A DNA stretch of 64,000 bases from Trypanosoma brucei (Eukaryota), in NCBI GenBank assembly GCA_000002445.1, contig AE017150.2, forward strand, positions 992,001 through 1,056,000, read 5' to 3'. A model generated the notes under the pieces. It had not been told where the DNA came from. It worked only from the letters and a program-made list of their open reading frames with translations, and did not search any database. Position numbers and translations under genes: made by a program. Every line of letters starts with the position of its first letter. Positions within the stretch are counted from its first letter, which is position 1. Of the stretch, positions 30,502 through 42,073 are shown piece after piece.

Positions 30502-33500
30502 GAATCCAACGTTTCCCTAATATTCCCTGCGGGTCCCTTATACACCTTTAAAGTAAAATAAAGAAGAGTAAAGGAAGGTACGACATTATGGAACGTGCCA
30601 GACGAAGATGAAGGATATGTTATTTAAGATATTTTAACAGTTCGTATGTGCACAGTTTCTTTGTATGAGTAGCAGGTCAGCAGCAGCACTGCTACATCCC
30701 TTCTTCCCTTCCCCGTTGTACCTTTTATTTGCCTTCTTTTGTTGATGTTCTTGCGACAACTTTGTGCGGTTGCGACGTCATAGTGAAGCGGGGGTCGCTT
30801 TGTTCGCGCAATTTTGTAAGCAGCCTCGGTCCCCTCCCCAATGTCCAATATGCCTCTAAAGGGCACGTGAAGTGTATGTTCGTGTGCTCGTGCCGAAGGG
30901 CTGAATGTAAATATATACAAACCACGACGTGCGAGAGGCTTAAGAGAGGAACATACGATTACGTGGACCTGTTCATTTTTGCATGAAAGTTTAGACGGGC
31001 CCCTTGATGCCCTTTTTTATTTTCTCTCGAACTCACGAATTGTAACATGGGCGCCGCACAACCTTAGTGTGCCCTATCCTTACTGGCCACGCTCCCCACA
31101 ACCGGAGGGAAGCACTCACTTGCGCCTCTCTGTCCCTCATTTGTTTCTATTTTAGCACCATTTGGGTACTTTGTGTGGCTGCATGGAGTGGGTGTACTCT
31201 CCTGGCCAACTGTGAACACATGCATTGGCGTCCGCCCCCAGGGTGATAATAAGTAAATAGGGGTTTGCGCTCGGTGGAGAATGTGTTTCAAATGCCTCCA
31301 GAGTGTGTTAAAGGGATCTCCCGGTGCTCGAGAATGTAAGTAGTAGGGGGTACGTAGTTGGGGCGCAGCACATCACAACTTGTACGGCGTTTGCCGTCCC
31401 TGTTTCAGCTACGCCGTATTGAATGCGTGAAACTGTTACTAACAAGTGCACGGCTGCGAATGGGGGCCCCTTCCCCGTTTCAGTTCGTGGGAGACCGGTT
31501 GACCCACCATTTGTGTTGCCGCTAAAGCCCCTCACTTTAAGTGTCCCATATTATAACTGCTCAATTACCGTTCGCGACGAACGGTAAGAAACACACTGAA
31601 AACCACTAACGCAGCAGACGCATAGAATCGGCCAGGAAAAAGTGCCCACAAGCACCCTCTTCGCTGTTGTGATTATTACCGCGGCCAAATATCCAATGAC
31701 AAAGCAAAGAGAAAGGGGAGCTTTAGCGATATATTTTTTTAAAGGGCTGGCAAATAAAGGAAACAAGGTGGGGTATGCTTGCCGAGATGCCCTCAAGCCA
31801 ATTCGGGTTGCAGGACTGATGAACTCCTGCCACTCAGGTGTTGTGCCTATTCATTAGGGTCCGGTAACCCGATACTCTTCTGCATCAAGTTCCTTGATTA
31901 CATTTTTCCAACGCCATAACTTGTTCGTGTGGATACGACGGTGCCGGCGCTGTTGACGTTTAACTTGTTACACTTCATCAGAACTTAGGGTGTCCGTTCG
32001 CTCGGCATGAAGATGCAGTGCTCTCCCTTCGAGTGTGGTCGCGCCCCCACATTTCCCTGTAGACCTTGAACTGTCTAACTTTGCGATGTTCGGGCCTTCC
32101 AATCACCGAGGATAGGCGCGACAGCGCAGGCGGATACCCTCGCCGGAGGACCAAAATTTCGTGCCATTTTCTATTAATTACTGTTGTGGCAGTTAAAATC
32201 ATCACAACGCATAGCGAACCGTACGAACTCCGTCGGCAGCCTGCTGAACCGACAAGGTCCCTTTACTACGGACCACCGTCCGGCCTTCGCCAGCTGGTGA
32301 AACAACCATTCCTCAATCGGGGCGCGCTCCCTGCCATAGAGTGCTCAGTTCAATTTCACCGCAGTGACCGTCGCCGTAACCGCCGCCAGACTGCATCCAC
32401 ACGATAGAGGCACCAGGCTCCAACAGCCTGTTCAAAATTACCACCACAACCTGTAGTGGCGGTATCTTTCCAGGAAAGATTGGCCGCGTCTTGAGGCGCC
32501 GGGAGAAAAAAACATATGTACGGAGGTTCGAACCTGCGGCCCCCAAGACGTAAGCACGGAAGTGCAATTTACGACACCTGGTCCATTGCATCGACGGAGC
32601 CCACCCGAATATATAATTACTTATTGAATTTATTCTTCGGTATTTCCTAGCTTGTTGCAGCCTACGGAACTTTTGGATAAGGCGCTGCATATCTTCTCGG
32701 CTATTTAGCTAAGATCAAGTTATTAAACTGTTCTTATCAGAGTAACTCCTGATACGGGCCTTTGGCCCAAGGATCAAAACTGTTGGCTGTCCCGCGTTCT
32801 TCCGGGGTTCCACTTGTCCGGATGGAGCGCGACGGTCGCAAACGTTTTCCGACAAAACCAACCACTGAACGTTGTAAGGCAGTTATTGGAACGACCCGCA
32901 TTTCCCATCACTTTATTCTCGCTTGGTGTATACTTTAACGCCTCGGATCCGCCGTGCCCCACCCGGGTGAGCGTCCGCGTGGTTCGCTCCTCCCTCCGTT
33001 TGGTCCTTCAAGTTCACTCTCGCAGGTCGAAAACCTCCTTTCATACGCGCCCACATGTTCTCACTTTCCGAAAAGACAATCCATTCACCTTTTTAAACCT
33101 TACAATGCTGGGAAGGAACCGCGGCCCATACTTCAACTTAACTACACAGGGACTCGGTTCGCCACTCCTTCCTGCTGAATTAACCGGAAAGCAATTCACA
33201 GCTTGAAATCGGACGCCACTGATAGGTAAAAACTCCTTGGTACCGACGAGAACAGAGGGAATAATTCACTTTTGCAGACTAAAAAAAGTTACGTACGATG
33301 TTAAACATAGCTCTTCCCGCACTTGCGCATCAAGGGACAACGCGGCCCAGAAGGAAGAGGTCCTACAACCAGGGGGAGCGATATCAGACTGCACGACTTT
33401 AAGGACGAGATTTCTTTCGGTTCGAGGAGGTGAATCTGCTTACAAAAACGTATTCAATGTAAATGAGATGTCGCACCTGTGGTAGTAATGATTCAATTTA

Positions 33501-36500
33501 GTGTTAACTGAGTATTGGGCCGCGAAAGAAAATCAGTTTGTACGATGCCCTCTCCCTCACACTCCCTGATCCTGCACTGGCACTCCTTTCAACTCCGTTT
33601 TCACAATGGTCACGGCTCCTTCGAATACAACGTCGGGCGAAGCGCTGGTGGCATGCCACTGGGCAGCCAGTACTTCTCCCATACGAGGAACACTGCGCAT
33701 CCCGAAACTCCTTCAACCCTTTTCCATCGGTGCTCGTTTTTGTATTGTGCACAGCAGTGCCGCTTAGTCGGGATTTCGCTTCATACCCTGTACTTCCACC
33801 ACTTAAGGCTCACAACAGTGCCGACAGTCAACGCAACCGTCCTTAAGGGAGCCGAGGGGAAACAAAAGGAAATACAAAATTCGGGCCGTCCACGCTCGCG
33901 TACACAGAGGTTCAAAACGCCCACGAAAACGCATACCTCCATATATTTATATTCATCCTCCGGAGACCAAAGAGGTGTACAGACCCCGATAAAATAGTTC
34001 ACCCGGCCTTTAATGCAGGTAAAGCACAACAAAAGTAAAGATAAAACGGTTTACGGCACCGGTTGCGGCGATTCCAAACTCATTTAATAATCGTGCTGAA
34101 CAAAATAAAAGCTTACCGCTGTGGCGACTGTCTCTATTGGCGCAACCTTTGTCGACCGAAGCGCTTTCCTGAGCGGAGGTGCTTCCACCGGAAACGGTAT
34201 TTATGGTGGGAAGCCTCTTTTAATTCTGCCAAAGGAGAAAAACCATTATGACGTCAAGGGCTTAGACAAACAAATACTCTGCAAGTGTGTCCGGAGTGTA
34301 ATGTAGGAGTGGATCACTCAACACACCACCATCGAACGGAGGAGAGGGAATCCCCGCATTACACCCCCTCCAGCGTTACGGAAGGAATATACGCTGATTC
34401 CCCAACACCATTAAGCCAGTGTAAGTGACCGGGCGATTGACCATCCAAGCAGAAATTTATGAGTCCTCTCAAAACTTGCGGCTCTTTTGCCCCCACCCCC
34501 TCCCCAATATACACAAGCACCTAAAAAATCCCTAACCATGTTCTGAAGGCCCTTACTATCTCCGACGCCTGACTTGACAGACGCGGCGTCTCAGAGATAG
34601 CAAACAGGCGAGGAAATGTGACATAAAGAAAGGTACTGCGAGCCCCTTCTGGGGCCGATGGGTATCCTTTGAGGGAGAGGATCGAATTCGTTTTCGCATT
34701 ACCCTGGTTTCATCTTCTCGGCATGCACCGCTACGTGCATGTAGTCGTTTTCGCCGAATGCCTTGTTCGTTCCAAGAGGCAAGCAAAAGATTTGACCGTT
34801 TACACGTTTTAAGCCTTACCAAAATTAGGGATAGATGTGCGGCGCGTCGTTCAGCGCCGTATAATAGTAATTCACCAGTTGAGTTAGCGAACCATATTGC
34901 TTTACAATTATTTTATGCCAAAATTTTTTTCTTGCCGTGCCGCTTCCGCGGTGCATCACAGCGCCCAAATAGAGGGACACTCCTTTTGGTAGTTAAGATA
35001 GCTGTGCTCCCCAAGAAAAATACCTACAACGGGTTGCGACAGAACTTTTCCCCAGACAAGCGGAGAAAACTACTGCACTTAATAAGGGGGCACGAAGGGA
35101 GCGCCTATGCTGAGAATCTGAACGAAATTTGGAAAGGTAATGTGGAGGGCAGGCCCAATAGCCGCCGCCAAAGAAAACTATTTTCGATGCGCGTCAAGCG
35201 GCAAGGGAACAACTTAGGTGTTGATGAGCGCAGCGTAAAAAAAAATTGTGCGATGGCTGTCTGTGGCTGTTGGAAAGGGGGCCAATTGGGGAGGTCAATG
35301 GCCAAGACGCTTCTTTGTGTTGCGCCTGCGGTAAATCGCCTGTCGCCTTAACGGCACTGTGCGGCACCTCACTGTGCTCTCGGCGGCGGGTGATGTGTCT
35401 GGAGGACGAATCCTGGGTGCATCTCCCGAAAATGTAAACATACAAGTGCGCTCGCCCTCTGTCAGTACCTATGGCTTCTCAGAGGGAACGGCGGGCGGAT
35501 AACCGCTCCTTCCCCCCGTTAACAAATGGTTTGAACTCTCCCTGTAATACTTTGCCCGTAGTTTCAACACAAAACAAGAAAAAAACCGGTTCTTTGCAAG
35601 TCTAAAAAGGAGTCTGTGGTCCAAACACCGCAGGGTAAAGACGTCGCTCTAGGGGATCTGTTGGCGTTGCGGTCCCATAGTTTTTGACAGGCCTTCGCTT
35701 TCCCACCTCTAGCGAGCGGTGCTTGCGATGACATCTTGTGAGATGAGTCTTGCTAGGAGACCCTCAGGAAACTGAGCAACTTTTGGCAGTAAGTTTTGGA
35801 GTCCAAAACTGTTTGGTGGCTTGAGGAGCCAGGTGCCACACCCACCACATCACGCGGTTTGACAGCGGATCGTCTTCCAAGATATGCCCCAGAAGCACAT
35901 AATTCGAGGCGCGACCGTTCTTTCTACACTTTTTGAGATGTTTAAGCTACTGACGGGTTGCTATATTCTATACCTTTCCCCTCAGAAGTATGGAGACCTC
36001 CTGATGTCGGCATGTTAAGCTATTGCGTCGCCGATGTCTCTCCCGTTGCGGTGCATCGCGGTGTTCCGGCCCCCGATAAGTTTGCGGGGCTCGACTTACG
36101 AATTCGTTTTTGCGGATTGGAGCCTTTGCCCCCTCTGTATAAGCGGTTGCGTAATCACACGGGTTGTCGAAAGGAGGAGCGGCATTGTATTTTTTTTCCT
36201 GTTCTTTGAAGTGGTGCTCACCCGTTGTTGGGCCCGTAAAGGGGTTGGCGAAGCGGTGGAATACCCCGGCGTCTTCCTGCAGTTACATTTCCCTCAGCCC
36301 GGATTCGTGTGGGACTCGTGGGTGCCCCTTTTAGCGACGGCCGGGTAGTCTGTCACCCGGTTTTTTTTACCCGAGCTCTCGGTGTTCCCTTTCCAATATG
36401 TTGCTGTCGCTGGCGTTTCGTTTGCTTCACTCCACTTTTTTCCCCCGGCACCGTGTCGTAAGGGCCCGTCCCGGCTTCCGCCTATTTGGCAATCAAGCCC

Positions 36501-39500
36501 CGTTGTCGCTTAGCGGGGCGTCGCCCTCTCTGAAGGTGGCTACCCCCCCTTTCCAGGCATTAGGAAACTGGTACTTTCTGCTGGAGAGAGTTCTGACACT
36601 CGCTAGTGGCTCCTTGCGGTTGGTGCACGAATGTGGGCAATTGCTTGGCGGACTGCCGGGGTTCGAGGCGAAACCGCCGGCAGCGGCGCCCCGCAAGTTA
36701 TTCGGAGGTTTCACCCTTGATTTCCCGCGCCTCCCGTGTTCCCGCTTCTTTCAGGGGGAATGACCGACACCCCTGTGATGTTTGTTAAGCAGGCTCGGGG
36801 CCTGTAAGTGTAAGTGCAAGTGTATGGGTGCAGGTGTATATGCGCTGGAGCCTTCTATGAGTGGTTACGTGGCTCCCACTGAATGGGGCAGAGAATGCTT
36901 ACCGACTCAGTCACACAAAAATACGGGAGTTGTTGAGTTTGTCTACTGAAGCTGGTCTGCTGTGTCTCAAGGTTGGCCGCTTTAACTAGTTGTTCGCGGC
37001 CGTGCCGTGGACGGGTGCGGTGGGAGAGGCCCTCGCAAGTTTCATCCTGATCCTTCTTCGCCAGCTGTGATAAGCGGCCCCATTTCTGTTAATTAGTGAA
37101 GTGTGGCGTGTTCATTAGTTGCTTCGTACGTTCATCCGCTTGGTGAGTTTATGGGGTTTGTTGGTCTACTGAGGTGAATCACATAGTTTCTGTTTGCGGC
37201 ATCTTTTACGGGGTATTTCTGTCAGGCGGTGCACTCTCTTTTTGGAAAAGAAGATGCGAGGACCGACTTTTTTTTCTATTTTTCTTCGTGCTGAAAGGTG
37301 CAGTATTTGCTGTATTTTTGAGTGCTTTTAATTTCCGCTTTTTCGCAAATGATGCTATGGCTTGAGCAGAACCAACAGCATGCGGCAGTGATAAGTGCAC
37401 TTGGCTGCCACTAACCTGCGCTTTATTTATGAAACCCACTTCTGTTTCCTTTTTTAAACCATCGACGGATATACGCGTTCAATAGTGTATACGGATCACT
37501 TTCCCTTCAGCTAACACGAGTTTGCGTTGTTACCCGGTTTCGAGATTCCTCGTACGTTACCAAGAGAACTAGTATGGAGACCGCGTTCGTAGTTTGTCTC
37601 AGTTGTGGCAATTCGTTATTTTTTGTTCATTTTAGTGTTTTACGTTCATGAATTTATGTCCTTGGCGAGGGACTTAGTGACGGATTGTAAGCAAGTACTC
37701 TACTTTCGTTCGGTTCTAATATTTTCATTGATCACACTGGTTCACTTGCCCCGGAATCGCCGGACCAAAATCACATGTTTCCTTTCGTAGGAAAGGGGAT
37801 GTGCGAACGTGAAATAAAGTTTGTGCTCTATTCGTATGGTTACGTTTATATATATATATATATATATTACTGTTTAGTGAAGGCGTATCTTTCAGTGAGA
37901 GAGGGAGAGAGATGATAATGAGAGATATTCCGTATTTCCTGTTTAGGATTATACAAGCATCTTCACTTTTTGGTACGTGCCGAAGAAGGCAGTTTTGGAT
38001 AGGTACCAAGTTTTGCCTTTCTCGAGGGATCGTTCTGTGTGCATTTTTCTTTTTCTTTTTTGAAAAGACCATCGCACTACTTATTTCGCCGTCAAGTACC
38101 TTTTCTTGCGATTCATTCCTTCTGTTTACTCATATAGGAACTCTAGATTCCTCATACTGGAACCGGTAGTTTATTATTATTATTATTGTTGCATGCGTGT
38201 TTAATGTCTGTTAATAACTAATTATAATGGTTTAAAATGTTCATAGTTCTCGCGCTACTGGTCATGTTTCTAAGACACTGTGGGTATTCCAATAATAACA
38301 TCATTTTTTTTATAAAAAAGTGAACTATAATATCTCTTATCCACTTTATCCGTTGGCAGTTTTTTCTTTTTTTCTTTTTTTAAAAAGGAGAATACATATT
38401 TTTTTGTTGCTAACCGGTTATTTCGTTGCATGGTCTGGTGTGTATCCCTCGCGGAGATTGGGAGTTGAGGTGACGGGAAGTATTAAGATAAGCTGTTGTG
38501 GAGCAATGATATTTATAGACACCCTTTTTTTTGCTTTCGTTACCTGCTAAAAGGTGACAGTGGTGAGGATTCCCCCCCTCCAAAGCAAAGGAGAGCGAAA
38601 CTGTTTTTTACCTGTGGAGGCAGCGCCGTTGTACGCGAGGGCATCTCAATGAAATTCCCTACTTAGCGTAGCGATTAATATCTAAGAGATCAGGTGGGGA
38701 CATTGTGGAGAAATCTGTTTATTCTATTTTAGAGCTTGCTCGGTACTGTTTGTTAAAGGCATTGCTGATGCTCATGCAAAGTGTTTTAACGGAGGACGTT
38801 ACGGCCGTTTTAGTTTCGGATGTCGCTACAACTTTGTTGCTGATGGGCGGGTTTACTCCCTTTTCTCTACTTTTTAGTGAAAATGTGATTTATGTTCAGT
38901 AATACCGAAGCCAACTGAGTTCTGTGTAATCCGTATCTGAGTGTGAATGAGGATTGTTAATTTTTCAAGTTTCTCTTCTGTTGTTGTTTACCCTTAATTT
39001 TGTTAAAAATTCAATCCGGGAGTTCCACGATATTGTTTTATTGAGATATCTATTTTAATTCGAGCAGTGTAATACCGTTTTTTTTTCTTAAAATGAGATG
39101 AGCAAGAGTCGATGAACATGAATATTTTGATTTTAGCCTATTTGGCCACCAACAACGACATTTTTCCATTTTTAACTCAAGCCGTTCCCTTCTACGATTT
39201 GAAAAAAAAATGTTGGAGTTTTTTGCGTGTGATACAGTAGTGCGGAGGATTATTTTCTTATTTTCTGTTTTCGTTTTACCCACATGGCCTGGTGGATTTG
39301 GGTGATATGCAAAATATGTTTGGCGGCCACACAATTGTGCATCGGGGTGAATAGTATCTACTTTCTTCTGCTACCGTTGGAACGGCCCCGTCGTGCTTGC
39401 TATCCGAAGGTATCATATTACGTATGTAACCGTTGTAGTTTTTCGTTCTACCCTTCCTGTTGGTGTGCTTTGTTTTATTTTCATTGCTGTCATTGTTCGC

Positions 39501-39694
39501 ACAAATATCAATACCCCCCTCCAAAAGACATATCGGGCCGTAATTTATTTGTTTTACAGTTTCGTGAACCCGTGGTAGTCGTGATACTCCATTTTTAAGG
39601 ATTATCAATTGCAGTGAGGTTATTGGTTTCGAGTTGAATTTTAAATCGTACAACTTCATAATTTTGACCCTTTCCTCCCCGCTGTAACCGATTT

Positions 39695-39744
39695 TTCTCA
39701 CTCATTTTCAACATTCTCTCTTTAATTTTCTTTCCTCCCACCAG
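39695..39744 (+). promoter_or_regulatory. Long polypyrimidine tract plus AG upstream of TDP1: putative trans-splice acceptor region
   Basis: ttctcactcattttcaacattctctctttaattttctttcctcccaccag. Confidence 0.4.
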
Positions 39745-39967
39745 AAAGAGGGTATATATACGTTTTTGATACAAGTATACTTATAATTAGATTCATTAAA
39801 TTTAATGCCTTTATAATAGATAGTTCATCGTCACATTCACATCGTGACGTTTAATTTTTAGGTGGGTATAAAGCGGTTTGGTACATGCAAGTAGGTTTTA
39901 AGTCGACGTAGAATACATCCGCCGATTTTAAAAAAAAATTATTGTAGGCTGCGTGGAAAGAAAAAAA

Positions 39968-41629
39968 ATGGAGGAAACAAAGTTATGCCCATTTTGGGTT
40001 AGCAGAGTAAGCGGTTTAGCTACCGAGTCGCCGTCAGCCCTGACCCTATCCGATCTGCTACATTGTAATATTGAGGATCCAAGTGAGGTGTGGACGCATG
40101 TTGTGTTGGCAAATTACTTGATTGATTTGGAGTGGGTCTTCGATATGGCTACTTGCCTGCAACTCTCAAATTGTCATGTTATGATCGTTTCCGGTGAAGA
40201 GGGGTTAGCTGAGAGATATGCGGCGTCGCCTCTCGCTGGGTTACTCGGTAAGGAAAGAGTAGAAATAATTAAACCAAAACTTCCGTTACCATTCGGAGTT
40301 CATCATGGAAAATTGATATTGTGCGTAAATTCGAAAGGCGTAAGAATATCGGTGCTTACCGCAAATTTTATCGAGAGTGACTGGGGTAAAAAAACTCAAG
40401 GGATATACGTACAGGACTTTCCTCGTTTGGTTACATCATCTGCGAGTAGTAACTCGATGGGATCGTTGCAGGCCCTACGCAGATGCCGGGGAACAAGATT
40501 CAAAGAGGAAATAAAGCGGTACCTCAGCTGTATCGGTGCTATTTCTTCCACAACTGGGACGAATTGCATTCCACTATCTTTGCTAGATGAAGTTGATTAC
40601 AGCGGTGCGTGTGTGGAACTTGTTTCTTCTGTTCCGGGATGCCATCGCAACTCGGACGCCTATCGTTTCGGAATGGGCAGACTGCAGGAGGTCCTACGCG
40701 CCATGCAAATAAGCTCGCCGTCTGGTGAAAATTCTCCCACACTTGTATGGCAGTTTAGCTCCCAAGGGACGCTAACTAGCAATTTCCTAAGGTCTTTGGA
40801 GCGTGTTATGACTATCAGCACCGATAATACACCACTTCCAGATACGAAATCTCCAACGGTCCGGATCATTTATCCAACAGAAGCTGAAGTGAAGGGTTCG
40901 TTTGAGGGGTGGCATGGGGGACTATCGCTACCTGTTAGGCTGCGTTGCTGCCATCCCTACGTTAATGAAAGGCTGTATCGTTGGGGTCAGCGTCCGTACG
41001 CTGAGGGTGCTGACCGAGGGAGAAATAGGGCGATGCCCCATATAAAAACTTACATGCGCTTGACAGAAAATGGTGACGGACTGAAGTGGTTCATGCTAAC
41101 GAGTGCTAATCTGTCGCGGGCCGCTTGGGGGGAATGGCAAAAAGGCGGAACCCAGATCTTGATACGGTCCTATGAACTTGGGGTAGTGTATGGTACCGAT
41201 TCGTTTATTAACCCTGCGGATGGCGGACTATTCAGCGCGACACCTTCAAAACCGATACCGGTTCCGTCATCCATTGGTGGCGACGGTCTAGTGAGAGTGA
41301 AGATAAAAACTCTACCATCTGAATCAGATCGGGACGAACCAACACTCTTCTTGCCTTACAATCCCCTTAATCCTCAACCTTACGTAAGCACACTTCAGAT
41401 GCAGCAAAGAGAGCATAGACACACCGGCCATAGCTGTGTTTCCCAACTCAGCAGCCTTGATGTGCCCTGGCTAGTCGATCTACCTCATCGTGGGAAGGAC
41501 TGCTTGGGTAAGGAATTTCGTGATGTGTTGGAAGGTAGCAACCGCCGCGGGGAAGAGCCTGACCCGTTGAGGTCTGGAGGGTGTTGTGTTGGTGCGTTGG
41601 GGGAGAAACGAACCAACAGGGATGCGTGA
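39968..41629 (+). CDS. TDP1: Tyrosyl-DNA phosphodiesterase 1 (PLD superfamily, two HKD motifs)
   Basis: ORF 39953..41629 starts at GTG; the first ATG is at 39968. FGVHHGKLILCVNSKGVRISVLTANFIESDWGKKTQGIYVQDFP and MPHIKTYMRLTENGDGLKWFMLTSANLSRAAWG closely match the two conserved HxK...N motif blocks of Tdp1. Confidence 0.85.
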   Translation: MEETKLCPFWVSRVSGLATESPSALTLSDLLHCNIEDPSEVWTHVVLANYLIDLEWVFDMATCLQLSNCHVMIVSGEEGLAERYAASPLAGLLGKERVEIIKPKLPLPFGVHHGKLILCVNSKGVRISVLTANFIESDWGKKTQGIYVQDFPRLVTSSASSNSMGSLQALRRCRGTRFKEEIKRYLSCIGAISSTTGTNCIPLSLLDEVDYSGACVELVSSVPGCHRNSDAYRFGMGRLQEVLRAMQISSPSGENSPTLVWQFSSQGTLTSNFLRSLERVMTISTDNTPLPDTKSPTVRIIYPTEAEVKGSFEGWHGGLSLPVRLRCCHPYVNERLYRWGQRPYAEGADRGRNRAMPHIKTYMRLTENGDGLKWFMLTSANLSRAAWGEWQKGGTQILIRSYELGVVYGTDSFINPADGGLFSATPSKPIPVPSSIGGDGLVRVKIKTLPSESDRDEPTLFLPYNPLNPQPYVSTLQMQQREHRHTGHSCVSQLSSLDVPWLVDLPHRGKDCLGKEFRDVLEGSNRRGEEPDPLRSGGCCVGALGEKRTNRDA

Positions 41630-42073
41630 GATTGCATCGTGTTTTTTCTAAGTTATATTTAATTTTTAGAATTTCAGTTAATATTTTGTTTCATGACTTT
41701 ACGTGTTTGGGCACCAAATTCTCTCTTTACAGTGACCTCTTCCTTTACTGTCTTCTTGTTGCTCATTGCAACAAGGCGCACTTCCGTTCCTGCCGCAACG
41801 TGAAAGGATTATACGACTGACTCTGCCCCTCATCGTAGATTTTAGTGTCGTTTACCACCGTTACGTGTTCTTTCATGCTTCTCTACTTAATGTTTCCATT
41901 TCAATAGTTGTTTGATAGCCCAGAAACCACAAAAGAGTAAAGGGTTGAGGTGCAAAAGTTGATTTCACTTTGGAGCCGCATTGTTGACAGAGGGTAATCC
42001 TTTCGTTTTTGCTGTTAAAGGTGGCGTGCGCGGCAAGCCAAGGCCTGTATACAGTTTTCTGGGGGATCTGGCA

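Noticed and set aside
32500-32610. Perfect Pol III B-box-like GGTTCGAACC at 32527, considered as a tRNA or tRNA-like gene
   Set aside because: I could not build a cloverleaf on either strand: the flanks do not form a T-stem (GGAGG/CTGCG or GCAGG/CTCCG do not pair) and no acceptor stem pairs. It is likely a chance self-complementary decamer.
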